DNA of 64,000 nt from an uncultured Chloroflexia bacterium (GTDB taxonomy: Bacteria; Chloroflexota; Limnocylindria; Limnocylindrales; CSP1-4). Every line of letters starts with the position of its first letter. Position 1 is the stretch's first letter. The notes under the pieces were generated by a model, which had not been told where the DNA came from, searched no databases, and saw nothing but the letters and a program-made list of their open reading frames with translations. The position numbers were made by a program, and so were the translations under genes. Of the stretch, positions 38,317-48,665 are shown one piece after another. The stretch covers positions 928,001 to 992,000 of the forward strand of contig CAVPPB010000003.1 of NCBI GenBank assembly GCA_963707215.1, in the 5' to 3' direction.

Positions 38317-39171
38317 CTAGTCCTCGTCCTCCTCGTCGCCCTCGTCCTCGAAGGCCTCGTCGCCGGTCTCGTCGGGCGGGATGACCCGCTCGAGGTTCTC
38401 GATCCCCTCGTCCTCGACGTCGTCCTCGAGGTCTTCCTCGAGCTCCTCCTCGTCGCGGACGAGGGTGCCCTTCGTGTAGGCGCGCAGGTCGGTCGAGCGG
38501 GCGGCCGTCGGGAAGCTCACCTTGCCGTAGTTGCGCGGGTCCTGGAAGACCTCGCGGATGATGATCCGCACCTCGGCGTCGGTGATCGAGATGACACCGG
38601 CGGCGTACTTGTTGCCCTCGGCGATGAGCTTGAGCAGGCGGGCCGCGACGCGCGGCTCGACGTAGCCGGCCCGGACGCCGTTGCTGACGGCGACGAGACG
38701 GCCGTCCTCGGGGGTCAGCTCAACGAAGTCCCCGGCGTTGACCTGGGCCAGGGTCGCCCGACTGGGCAGATCCACGAGATGGGCGAAGCCGGTCTTGCCG
38801 GTCTCCTCGACGAAGATGCTGACCGGGGCCTTGCTGCCATCGGCGGCCGGCACCGTGGTCTCGCCGGCGTCGACGATGAGCACGCGAAGGCGCTCGATAT
38901 TGCGCTCGGCGATCCGACTCGTCGGATCGATCGCCAGGGCCGTCTGGTAGTGCTCGCGGGCGGCGCCGAGCTCGCCGAGCTCCCAGAGCGCCTTGGCGAG
39001 GCGGTTCTCCGCCTCCACGTCCGGGCCAAGCTCGAGGATCCGGCGATTGGTGTCGGCCGCGTCCGTCCAGCGCGCCTCGGTCGCGGCGGCGATCGCCTGC
39101 TCGGCCAGCTGGCGCTTGAGCCGGGTCGTGTTGGTCGGGCCCTGGGAGTCCTGCAGGTCGGGAGTCGTCAA
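38317..39171 (-). CDS. TPR protein with HIRAN-like domain and acidic tail
   Basis: TPR (NRLAKALWELG...YQTALAIDP), GYVEPRVAARLLKLI.EG, D/E-rich end. TTG start after AAAGGA. Confidence 0.8.
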   Translation of the reverse strand: MTTPDLQDSQGPTNTTRLKRQLAEQAIAAATEARWTDAADTNRRILELGPDVEAENRLAKALWELGELGAAREHYQTALAIDPTSRIAERNIERLRVLIVDAGETTVPAADGSKAPVSIFVEETGKTGFAHLVDLPSRATLAQVNAGDFVELTPEDGRLVAVSNGVRAGYVEPRVAARLLKLIAEGNKYAAGVISITDAEVRIIIREVFQDPRNYGKVSFPTAARSTDLRAYTKGTLVRDEEELEEDLEDDVEDEGIENLERVIPPDETGDEAFEDEGDEEDED

Positions 39172-39271
39172 CGGGGGCGTCCTTTCGGGGTGACAGAGCG
39201 CGGGCACCGGTGCGGATCGGGTGCCGGGCGGGCAGGATGCCCTCCGGGATGCGCATTGTGGGGGCCGACAG

Positions 39272-39300
39272 GTTCTAGCACCGCTCCGCCGCCCTGTCAA
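39272..39300 (-). promoter_or_regulatory. Sigma70-type promoter for the TPR gene
   Basis: TTGACA-N17-TAGAAC with a TGn extension on the minus strand. Confidence 0.6.
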
Positions 39301-39362
39301 CGACGGGCCGTCTTCGGCGGTCGGTCGGAGCCCGGATCCGGTCCCGGATCCCGTCCGTGGGA

Positions 39363-40163
39363 TCAGCCGACCTGGCGGACGTTCAGGGCGATGACCAGCA
39401 GCCCGAGGATGGCGAGGAGGACGATCTGCCAGATCGATCGGGCATCGCGGACCCCACCGGACGCAGTGCCCCGGAGGCCGTCCCACAGGAACAGGACCAG
39501 GGCGAGGACGGCCGGGCCCACGACACCCGGAAGGTCGAGCACGGCGAGCCCACCGGCGGCCACGGCGACTGCCGCGGCATAGGTCGCGGCGGCTGGCAGG
39601 ACCCGCCGGACGTCCGTCGTCCGCAGGGCCGTGAGGCGGTAGCCCAGCAGGAAGGCGATAGCCGAGTCCGCGAGCACGGCCAGGGTCACCGCCCACCCGG
39701 CGCCGGTCCCATCGTCGGTCGCCGCCGTCCCGTTCGGGACGCCTGCCAGCGCGTGGATGCCGGCGAAGGCCAGGAACGCGACCAGGACCGAGAGGCCCAG
39801 GACCGGCGTGACCTCGGCTGCGGGAGCCGTCGTCGACCGGGTCTCCAGTCGGGCCTCGACGACGAGGGCGCGGTGGACCAGCAGGTAGACGAGCGGGACG
39901 GCCAGGATGACGAGGAGGTTGAGCGGGACCAGCTGCAGGGCGACGAGCCCGCCGAGGGCAGCCAGGGCCGGCAGGATGAGCGCCTCGACAGCCACGCCGC
40001 GCGGCTCGGCCTCGCCGAGCACCCACACCGCCCCGAGGGCGACGGCCGCGACGAGACCGAGCGCGACGAGCCAGAGGAGCGGCGGGTCGGCCAGACGGGA
40101 GAGGGCGACCACGGCGGCGGCGAGCAGGGCCAGGTCGCGACGGGCGGAGGCTCGGTCATCCAT
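39363..40163 (-). CDS. Hypothetical polytopic membrane protein
   Basis: About 266 aa, roughly 8 hydrophobic segments; TACCAT 7 nt before the ATG. Confidence 0.7.
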   Translation of the reverse strand: MDDRASARRDLALLAAAVVALSRLADPPLLWLVALGLVAAVALGAVWVLGEAEPRGVAVEALILPALAALGGLVALQLVPLNLLVILAVPLVYLLVHRALVVEARLETRSTTAPAAEVTPVLGLSVLVAFLAFAGIHALAGVPNGTAATDDGTGAGWAVTLAVLADSAIAFLLGYRLTALRTTDVRRVLPAAATYAAAVAVAAGGLAVLDLPGVVGPAVLALVLFLWDGLRGTASGGVRDARSIWQIVLLAILGLLVIALNVRQVG

Positions 40164-40242
40164 CGGGCGGATGGTAGCGGCGGTAGGCCGACCCGGCCCA
40201 TCGCCCATCACCGTCGCGGCGACGCGGTCCGATCCGGCGGAC

Positions 40243-42237
40243 TCAGCCACCGACCCGCGCACCCTTGGCCGCCACCCAGGCCAGCAGCTCGTCACGCGGG
40301 CGGGCGTTGAGAACGACGCCAGGCTCGATCCAGGCCCGTCGAGCCTGCTCGGTCCCCCACCGCAGGTGCTCGAACTCCTCGACCCGGTGCGCATCCGAGT
40401 CGATGGCCACGAGGCATCCGAGCTCGACCGCCCGGCGGGCCCGCTCGGGAGCGAGGTCCAGGCGCGGTGGCGAGCCGTTGATCTCCAGGGCCGTGCCCGC
40501 CTGGGCGGCCGCCTGGTAGATCGCCTCCCACTCGAGATCGAGGTCATCACGCTCGCCGATCATCCGGCCGGCAGGGTGCGCGATGACGTCGACGTGCGGC
40601 GAGCGGATGGCCGCGAGAACCCGCTCGGTCAGCCGCTCCCGCGGCTGGCGGCGCCCGACGTGGAGCGAGGCCACGACCACGTCGAAGCTCGCCAGGACGC
40701 CGTCGGGCAGGTCGAGGCTGGCGTCGGCGCGGATCTCGAGCTCGCAGCCGTGGAGCAGGCGGAAGCCGCCGGGGGCGGCGCCGCCCGGTGCCATCCCGGC
40801 TGCCTCTTCGGCCGCGAACCGCTGGTTGAGCGCGTCGACGATCCGGCGCTGCTCGGCGAAGCGGTCCCGATCGAGACCGCGGGCGATCGCCAGGCTGAGC
40901 GTGTGGTCGGTCAGAACGAGGTACTCGAGGCCACGCTGGCGGGCCGCCTCGGCCATCGCCTCGATGGGCCGGGTCCCGTCCGACCACTCCGAGTGGCTGT
41001 GCAGGTCCCCACGGAGATCGGCCAGCTCGACGAGGGCCGGAAGGCGATCTTCGGCCGCGGCCTCGACCTCGCCGCGGTCCTCGCGCAGCTCCGGCGGGAT
41101 CCAGGCCAGGTCCAGGAAGGCGTAGGCCTCGGACTCCGTCGCGAAGGTCCGTAGCTCGGCTCCGGGGCCGTCGAGCGGCTCGCCGTCCTCGCCGATCCGC
41201 AGGAAGCCCTTCTCGGACAGGCTCCAGCCGCGGTCGCGGGCCCGGCTGCGCAGGTGGACGTTGTGGGCCCTGCTGCCGGTGAAGTGGATGCGGTACGTCC
41301 CGGCCTCGCCCGGGGGGACGATCATCAGGTCGACCTGGGGGCCCTCCGCCAAGCGCACGGCCGCCTTGTGCGAACCGGCTCCCAGGACCGCGTCGACCCC
41401 GGCCAGCGAGGTGAAGCGCTCCACCAGCGCCGCCGCGTCGGTCGTCTCGGCCAGGAGGTCCAGGTCGCCCACCGACTCCCGCCGGCGACGCAGCGAGCCG
41501 GCCGGCTCGATCCAGGCCACGCCGGGCGTGTCGGCCAGTGCATCCGCCATGCGCGCGGCGGTGGCCTCGGCCCGATCGATGTGCATCCTGGCCTGGCGGG
41601 CCTGCAGGTGCTCGATGCCGTCGAGGATCGACCGCTCCGTCCTTGCGCTGAAGCCGCGCATCTCGCGGATCCGCCCGGACCGGGCGGCTCGGCCGAGGTC
41701 CTCGACGGACTCCACGCCCAGCTCCCGGTAGACGGCCCGGACGGTCTTGGGGCCGACGCCCGGGACGTCGAGCAGCCCGATGAGGGTCGCCGGGAACTCG
41801 GCCCTCAGGCGCTCGTGGTAGCTGAGCCGACCCGTCCGGGCCAGCTCGTCGAGCTTGTCGGCGAGCGCCCTGCCGACCCCGGGGATGGCCGGCGGTCGCC
41901 CCTCGCGGTAGGCCTGCGCGACCGACTCCGGCCAACGGTCGATGGCGTCGGCGGCGCGATGGTAGGCGACGGTCTTGAAGACGACCTCGCCTTTGACCTC
42001 CAGCAGGTCGCCGATCTCGTGGAAGACCCGGGCCAGATCGCCGTTGGAGAGCAGCGGGGCGGCGGGGTCGGGTGGGTCTGGGCGCGGGTCGGGGCCGGTG
42101 GGCGAGGCGGGGCGGCTGGGCGGGGCGGGCTCGGGGGCCGCGCTGGGCTCGGCGGACGGGGCGTCGGGGCCCGCGGGACCCGCGTCGAGGTCGTCGGGAC
42201 CCGCGCCAGGGTCGTCGGGCGGCGATCGCTTCGGCAT
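40243..42237 (-). CDS. polX: DNA polymerase/3'-5' exonuclease PolX (PolX + PHP)
   Basis: HhH GVGPKT, AGSLRRRRESVGDLDLL, QVDL, HFTGS..HN, PPELRE, GDLHSHSEWSDG, TDH, IAHP, DSDAH. Confidence 0.95.
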   Translation of the reverse strand: MPKRSPPDDPGAGPDDLDAGPAGPDAPSAEPSAAPEPAPPSRPASPTGPDPRPDPPDPAAPLLSNGDLARVFHEIGDLLEVKGEVVFKTVAYHRAADAIDRWPESVAQAYREGRPPAIPGVGRALADKLDELARTGRLSYHERLRAEFPATLIGLLDVPGVGPKTVRAVYRELGVESVEDLGRAARSGRIREMRGFSARTERSILDGIEHLQARQARMHIDRAEATAARMADALADTPGVAWIEPAGSLRRRRESVGDLDLLAETTDAAALVERFTSLAGVDAVLGAGSHKAAVRLAEGPQVDLMIVPPGEAGTYRIHFTGSRAHNVHLRSRARDRGWSLSEKGFLRIGEDGEPLDGPGAELRTFATESEAYAFLDLAWIPPELREDRGEVEAAAEDRLPALVELADLRGDLHSHSEWSDGTRPIEAMAEAARQRGLEYLVLTDHTLSLAIARGLDRDRFAEQRRIVDALNQRFAAEEAAGMAPGGAAPGGFRLLHGCELEIRADASLDLPDGVLASFDVVVASLHVGRRQPRERLTERVLAAIRSPHVDVIAHPAGRMIGERDDLDLEWEAIYQAAAQAGTALEINGSPPRLDLAPERARRAVELGCLVAIDSDAHRVEEFEHLRWGTEQARRAWIEPGVVLNARPRDELLAWVAAKGARVGG

Positions 42238-42793
42238 CGGCCGATGCTAGCGCGCCGGGCCTCCGGGCGACGCCGGGCTTGCTCGTCGCCGCCTCGGCTG
42301 CCGCGGGCCCGCCTCCTCCCTTCGTCCCACCAGCGTGGCTGGTGGTATCCGGAACGGAGTCGTGCGGCACCGGTCCCACTGGTGCGATGCAGGATCCGAT
42401 CGGCGCTCCCGCACGCCTCGCGACGCTCTGGACCCGGCCGAGCCGAGATCGTCGGCACAACACCAGGGCCACTGGTGTCCGCCAGGAAGCGGAGCGGCAC
42501 GGACCGAGGCCCGCCGGGCCGGGCCCCACGAGGGAGCCGTGCCGAGCGCCGGTCCGCGCCGCAGGCCGGAGCCACGCCGCACGGTGCTCGCCGCCCCTCC
42601 GGGCGGCCGCCGGGGGCCGCTTGCTGGGCGAGCACTGCGACCGCAGGATCGGCGCCCACGGTCCCGCCTGAGCGTGCATCGCGCCGTTGGGCGAGCGGAG
42701 CGACGGAGATGCGGCGACCGGTCGCTGGGCGAGCCGCGGGTCACCGTCGCCGGCCATCGGCGACCAGCTACCAAGCCCCGGGCCGACCGACCG

Positions 42794-44245
42794 TCAGGCG
42801 GCGACCACGCGGTCCCGGCCGTCCTTCTTGGCCCGGTAGAGAGCCCGGTCCGCCCGGCCCACGATCTCGTCGATCGGCTCCACCGGGTCGACCTGGACGG
42901 CCGCTCCGACCGAGACCGTGATCCGCGACCCGCGCAGCTCGGCCAGGTCGATGCCCCGGACGCTGGCCCGGATCCGCTCGGCGACGTCGACCGCCACGTC
43001 CGGCGACGGGTTCCGCAGGAGCACGACGAACTCCTCGCCGCCGTAGCGGGCAGGGATGTCCTCGCCGCGGACGGTCGCCGCGATGGCGCTGCCGACGGCG
43101 CGCAGGACCTCGTCGCCGACCGGGTGGCCCAGGCGGTCGTTGAGCTTCTTGAAGTGGTCGATGTCGATCATCAGGACCCCCACCGCGTCCCCGGTGCGCC
43201 GGCGACGGGCGAGAAGCCCACAGAACTCGTCGAAGTAGCCACGGTTGGGCAGCCCTGTCAGGGCGTCGGTCGAGGCGCGGGCCTCGGCGGCCCGCTTCGA
43301 GTCGGCCCGGCCCAGCGCGAGTGATGCCTCCGTGGCCGCATCGGCCAGCAGTCGCCGAGCTGCCGGGGTCCAGTCGGGCGACGCCCGCCGGGAGAGGACC
43401 AGCGCCCCGACGACCCGATCGTCGACGACCAGGGGTGCAGCAAGGACGTGGCGCAGGCCGAACACAGCCCGGACCCGGGTCGCGATCCTGTCGGCGATCC
43501 GGTCGGCCTCGACGAAGTCCACCGGACGGAGCCGTTCCGGGTCCGCCGCGCTCGCAGCCTCCTCGAGCCGGTGGGCCTGGTCGGGGACGGCCCCCGGTGA
43601 CCCTGCCACCGGGATCGGCCCATCCGACGAGTCGCCTGCCGGCTCCGCGTTCGACGCCGATGCGCCGGCGACCCCGTCGCCGACCAGCGCCGGGATCGGC
43701 GCGTCCGGGCCGACCGGGACCGCCATCCTCGTCGGGCCCTCGTCGGCGGGGGGAAGGTCGAGCGGGGCGACGAGATCGCTGATCGGCAGTGTCGTGCGGG
43801 CGTCGCGGACCCCGGCTCGTGCGGCGACGAGCGTCGCCTCGAGACGCGGCGGGTCGTCCCGGCGGCGAACGACCGCGACGTGATCGGCCTCGGCCCCGAG
43901 CGCCAGCTCACCGGCGATCGCCGCGACGATCGCGTCCGGTGAGACCGAGCGGGAGAGGCCGCGGAGGAGCCGCGCGGCGCTCTCCGCCTCCACGCGTCGC
44001 TGGGCTTCGAGGGCGGAGACGGCACGCCACAGGACGGCGGCCGCGACGACGACCGAGAGCAGCAGGGCGAAGGCCCCCCAGTCGAGCGGGCCCGGGTCGC
44101 CGGCGACGAGCCGGGCGCCGAGGACCGTGGCCAGGAGAGCGAGGGAGACGGCGAGGACGCCGCTGGTCCGGCGGATCCACCGGACGTCGGGCTCGCCGGG
44201 GCGATGGGTCGCTCGCTCGCTGTCGGCCACGTCGGGGTCAAGCAT
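42794..44245 (-). CDS. Membrane-anchored GAF-GGDEF diguanylate cyclase
   Basis: Two TM segments, DALTGLPNR, DIDHFKKLND..GH..GD, RGED I-site, RYGGEEF. Confidence 0.92.
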   Translation of the reverse strand: MLDPDVADSERATHRPGEPDVRWIRRTSGVLAVSLALLATVLGARLVAGDPGPLDWGAFALLLSVVVAAAVLWRAVSALEAQRRVEAESAARLLRGLSRSVSPDAIVAAIAGELALGAEADHVAVVRRRDDPPRLEATLVAARAGVRDARTTLPISDLVAPLDLPPADEGPTRMAVPVGPDAPIPALVGDGVAGASASNAEPAGDSSDGPIPVAGSPGAVPDQAHRLEEAASAADPERLRPVDFVEADRIADRIATRVRAVFGLRHVLAAPLVVDDRVVGALVLSRRASPDWTPAARRLLADAATEASLALGRADSKRAAEARASTDALTGLPNRGYFDEFCGLLARRRRTGDAVGVLMIDIDHFKKLNDRLGHPVGDEVLRAVGSAIAATVRGEDIPARYGGEEFVVLLRNPSPDVAVDVAERIRASVRGIDLAELRGSRITVSVGAAVQVDPVEPIDEIVGRADRALYRAKKDGRDRVVAA

Positions 44246-44361
44246 GGACCGCCGGAGGACGGACCGTCCACCGGCGCCGACCCGTACCTGCGGACCATGG
44301 CGAGGCTGGTACTTCCGTACCGGTGCCGGGCGACCCCCGCCGCGGGAGGGATCGGGGTGGG

Positions 44362-46180
44362 CTAGGCCGGGATCCTTGGAGGCCGCGCCACGGAGGCAAC
44401 GCCCCTGGCGTGCTTCTCGCGGTAGAGGGCGTCGTCGGCCGCGGCGATGAGGGCGGTCGCGACCAGACCGTCGGCGGGATGGGTCGCCGCCCCGATGGAG
44501 ATCCCGATCGGGACCGAGCCACGACCATCAGCCTGGAAGGAGGCCGCACCGAAGGCGTCCCGGATCCTGGTCGCCACGGCCAGGGATTCCTCGGATCCCG
44601 CGCCGGGGAGGATCACGGCGAACTCGTCGCCGCCGTAGCGGGCAGGGACGTCGCTGGCCCGGAGTGATGATCGGATCAGCTCGGCGGTCCAGACCAGCAC
44701 CCGATCGCCCAGGAGGTGGCCGAACGTGTCGTTGACGACCTTGAAGTCGTCCATGTCGAGCATCAGCAGACCGACCGAGGCGCGTCCCCGGCTGGCTCGC
44801 AGGATCTCCTCGCCCAGGCGCTCGTGGAAGGCCCGGTGGTTGAGGAAGCCGGTCAGCGGGTCGTGGTCGGCCGCCGCCCGAGCATCCTCGTAGAGGCGGG
44901 CGTTCTCGAGCGCCATCGCCGCCTCGCTGGACATCGCCACGGCGAGCTCCGCCAGCGAAGCGCTCGGCTCGAACGGACCGGTGAAGTAGAGCTCGGCGAT
45001 GCCGATCGACGCGCCCTTTGCGACGAGCGGCAGGAGGTAGAGGGTGTCCAGGCCGTATTGTCGCAGGTAGGCCACCTCGGCCGGATCGGCCGTCGGGTCC
45101 TCGATCCGGATCAGGAGCGGGACGCTGGTCCCGGAGGGCCTCCTGGGTGGCCGGGAAGGCGTCGAGCGGATACTCGTCGGCGACGGCCCCGGGGGCCTGG
45201 GGCGGCCAGTAGCCCGTCGTCAGGATCCGATCGCCCGCCCGGTCGATGTAGCTGACCGCGCACTCCTGGGCGCCGATCGCGTCCATGAGATGGCGGGCCA
45301 TGAGGAGCGAGACCTGCCGCGAGTCGAGGCTGCGCGACAGGGCGCCACTCATGTCGAGGAGGCGGCGGAGGTCCGCAGTGAGCGCCTCGCTGCGGCCCAG
45401 GAGGCGGGCCGTCTCCACCGCGGTCGCGGCGTGGTCGGCCAGGATCGAGAGGAGTCGGAGGTCGTCGGCCGAGAACTGGCGCAGGCCGAGCTTGCTGAGG
45501 GCGATGACCCCGACCGTCCGCTGGTCGTGACGCATCGGGACGACCAGCATCGACTCGTCGATCTCGTCGGTCCCGGGGATCGTCTGCCCGCGTGGGTCAC
45601 GGTCCGCGTCGTCGATCCGGAGCGGCACGCCATGCTGGGCCACCCAGCCGGTGAAGCCCTCGCCGAGGCGGCAGCGGAGGACGTCGGGATCCACGATGTC
45701 GTACTCCCCCACCCGACCCTCGAAGGCGATCGGCACGACCTCGTCGCCCTCCAGCACGTAGACCCGGGCGTTGTGGTATTCGATGATCCGGCCGATCTCC
45801 TCGACGATGGCCCGTCCGACGGCCTGGACGTCCGCGGCCCGGTTCATCCGCGCCGCCGCCGACCGGAGGACCTCCAGGTGAGCGCTCTGCTCGCGGACCC
45901 GCCGGGTCGCGATCCGGGCCGCCAGGACCACCAGGCCGGCGACGGCGAGCGGCAGGGTCCAGGCCCACTCCGGGTCGTAGCTCGGCAGCGTCGCGACGGC
46001 CCAGGCACCGATGCCGAGGCCGGCCAGCCCCGAGCCGATGAGGATCCAGGGGTCGACCACCCAGCGCACGGCCCGCGCCGGGCGCGACGTGCCGAGCTCG
46101 GCCCGGACGCGGTCCAGCCGAGCGTCGATGGCCACCTCCGGTCGCCGCTCGGCGACCGAGCCTTCGGCCTGCGCGCTCAT
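44362..46180 (-). pseudogene. TM-GAF-GAF-GGDEF diguanylate cyclase split by a 1-nt frameshift near 45120 (real, or a sequencing error)
   Basis: The sensor frame reads to ...QEALRDQRP; the GAF continuation LLIRIEDPTADPAEVAYL...RYGGDEF is in another frame. Confidence 0.8.
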
Positions 46181-46460
46181 GAGGGCATGGTGCTCGTGGC
46201 GGTCCTGCCGCGCGCTCACCCGAGGGTACGGGTGCGGTGGCCCGTGGGTACCGCAGGAGGAGGCTCGATGGCGGACCCTCCTGCCTTGCGCTCGGCCTCG
46301 GATCGTCGCGCACCGTCGAAGGACATCCGTCGCGTCGGTGCTAGACTCTCGCCGGGTCGCAGGGGTGCAGTGGAGCCGCAAGGGTGCTCCAGGCGCGAGG
46401 CGGATCGCTTTGGCGCGCACGTCCGACTTCGACCGCAGGCACATCCAAGAAGGGGGCACG

Positions 46461-47645
46461 GTGGGACTTCGGATCCTGATCCTCGGCGGTGACGGGTACC
46501 TCGGCTGGCCGACGGCCATGGCCTTCTCGCGCCAGGGTCATCGGGTGGCCGTCGTTGACAACTTCGCGAAGCGCCAGTGGGAGCTCGAGCTGGGAGTCCG
46601 GCCCCTGTTTCCGATCCCGACCCTGCACGAGCGGGCCCGAGCGTGGCGTGAGGTGACCGAGAACGAGATCGAGGTCCACGTGGGCGACCTCGTCGACTAC
46701 GAGTTCGTCGACTCGCTGCTCGCCGACTTCCAGCCCGACGCGATCGTCCACTACGGACAGCAGCCGTCGGCCCCCTACTCGATGATCGACGTCAAGCACG
46801 CCACGTACACCCAGCGCAACAACGTCGTCGGCAACCTCAACCTCATCTTCGCGATCCGCGACCGGGCGATCGACACCCACCTGGTCAAGCTGGGCACGAT
46901 GGGTGAGTACGGCCAGCCGAACATCGACATCGAAGAGGGGTACCTGAGCGTCACCCACAACGGCCGATCCGAGACGTTCCTCTATCCGAAGCGGCCCGGC
47001 TCCTGGTACCACCTCTCGAAGGTCCACGACAGCCACAACATGGACTTCGCCTGTCGCATCTGGGGTCTCCGGGCGACCGACCTTCACCAGGGCGTCGTCT
47101 ACGGCGTCGAGACGGACGAATCGGCGCTCGACCCACGCCTGGCCACCTCGTTCCACTACGACGAAGTCTTCGGCACGGCCCTCAACCGCTTCTGCGTCCA
47201 GGCAGCGATCGGCCACCCGCTGACCGTCTACGGCAAGGGCGGCCAGACCCGCGGGTACCTCAACATCCGCGACACCATCGCCTGCGTCGGCATCGCCGTG
47301 GCCAACCCGGCCGAGCGCGGCGAGCTACGCGTGTTCAACCAGTTCACCGAGCAGTTCAGCGTGATGGAGCTGGCCGAGCGGGTGACGGCCGCGGCGGAAC
47401 ACCTTGGCTGGACGGTCACCGTCGAGCACACCCGGAACCCCCGGAAGGAGCTCGAGGAGCACTACTACAACGCCAAGCACTCCAAGCTCATCGAGCTGGG
47501 GCTGCAGCCGCGCCTCCTGAACGAGGAGTTGATCGACACGATGCTCTTCAGGATCAAGGCGCACGAGGACCGCGTCGACCGGTCGACCCTGATCCAGGAC
47601 GTCCGATGGGTGCCGGCATCCCTGGAGCAGGCGGCGGCCCGCTGA
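46461..47645 (+). CDS. sqdB: UDP-sulfoquinovose synthase
   Basis: LGGDGYLGWPTA, QPSAPYSM, HLVKLGTMGEYG, YHLSKVHDS, TDLHQGVVYG, FGTALNRFC, NPRKE.EEHYYN. Confidence 0.93.
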   Translation: MGLRILILGGDGYLGWPTAMAFSRQGHRVAVVDNFAKRQWELELGVRPLFPIPTLHERARAWREVTENEIEVHVGDLVDYEFVDSLLADFQPDAIVHYGQQPSAPYSMIDVKHATYTQRNNVVGNLNLIFAIRDRAIDTHLVKLGTMGEYGQPNIDIEEGYLSVTHNGRSETFLYPKRPGSWYHLSKVHDSHNMDFACRIWGLRATDLHQGVVYGVETDESALDPRLATSFHYDEVFGTALNRFCVQAAIGHPLTVYGKGGQTRGYLNIRDTIACVGIAVANPAERGELRVFNQFTEQFSVMELAERVTAAAEHLGWTVTVEHTRNPRKELEEHYYNAKHSKLIELGLQPRLLNEELIDTMLFRIKAHEDRVDRSTLIQDVRWVPASLEQAAAR

Positions 47646-47676
47646 GCTCGGCCGGGCCGAAGTCGTGGCGGCCATC

Positions 47677-48654
47677 ATGAGCCGCCTCGTCCTCATCAGC
47701 GGGGGCGCCGGGTTCATCGGTTCCGCCCTTGCCCGGCGGCTCGTTGCCGGCGGCGACCGCGTCCGGGTCATCGACGACCTGTCGATCGGCAGCGCCCGGT
47801 ACCTCGACGAGGTACCTCACGAGATGGTTCCGGCCTCACTTTCCGACCCGGCGGCCGTGAGCGCGGCCGTCCTGGGTGTCGATGCCGTGGTCCACCTGGC
47901 GGCTCGGGCGGGGATCCCGGATTCGGTCACCGACCCGCTGGGGACCCTTGACGCGAACGTCACCCAGACCGTCGGGCTGCTGGATTCGGCACGGCTGGCA
48001 GGAGTTGCGCGCTTCGTCTTCGCCTCGTCCAACGCCGCCGCCGGCGATCATGAGCCGCCGGCCGACGAGACCGATCTGCCACACCCGGTATCGCCCTACG
48101 GCGCCTCCAAGCTGGCCGGTGAGGCCTATTGCCAGGCCTATGCCGCGACGTACGGGATGGCTGCCTGCGCGCTGCGCTTCTCCAATGCCTACGGGCCACG
48201 GTCACTGCACAAGAGGAGCGTGGTCGCGAGCTGGCTCCGAGCCGCCATGGCGAGCGAGCCGATCCGAATCCACGGCGACGGCGACCAGACCCGCGACTTC
48301 GTCTACGTCGGCGACCTCGCGGCGGCCGTCTGCGCTGCCCTGGACGCGCCCCACGAGTCCGTCGCGGGGGAGCTCTTCCAGGCCGGCACCGGTCGCGAGA
48401 CGACGATCAACGAGCTGGCGTCGGCGATCGGTCGAGCCATCGGCCGACGGCCGACCATCGTCCACGGACCGGCTCGAGACGGCGACGTACGGCGGAACGT
48501 CAGCCGGGTCGACAAGGCCGCGCGGGTGCTCGGCTACCGAGCCGCGATGCCCCTGGACGAGGGCCTGGCGGAGACCGCCCGGTGGTTCCGGGAAGCGGTC
48601 CTGGACCCGGAGCTGGCGGCGATCAGGCCGCACGCCGCGTCGGGATCGGAGTAG
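47677..48654 (+). CDS. NAD-dependent epimerase/dehydratase
   Basis: SGGAGFIGS, VHLAA, SPYGASK, NAYGP, QTRDFVYV. Confidence 0.92.
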   Translation: MSRLVLISGGAGFIGSALARRLVAGGDRVRVIDDLSIGSARYLDEVPHEMVPASLSDPAAVSAAVLGVDAVVHLAARAGIPDSVTDPLGTLDANVTQTVGLLDSARLAGVARFVFASSNAAAGDHEPPADETDLPHPVSPYGASKLAGEAYCQAYAATYGMAACALRFSNAYGPRSLHKRSVVASWLRAAMASEPIRIHGDGDQTRDFVYVGDLAAAVCAALDAPHESVAGELFQAGTGRETTINELASAIGRAIGRRPTIVHGPARDGDVRRNVSRVDKAARVLGYRAAMPLDEGLAETARWFREAVLDPELAAIRPHAASGSE

Positions 48655-48665
48655 GCGGCGTCGCC

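Noticed and set aside
46342-46460. c-di-GMP riboswitch in the sqdB leader
   Set aside because: There is a TAGACT -10 and a small hairpin (TGGAGC/GCTCCA), but no recognisable GEMM consensus.
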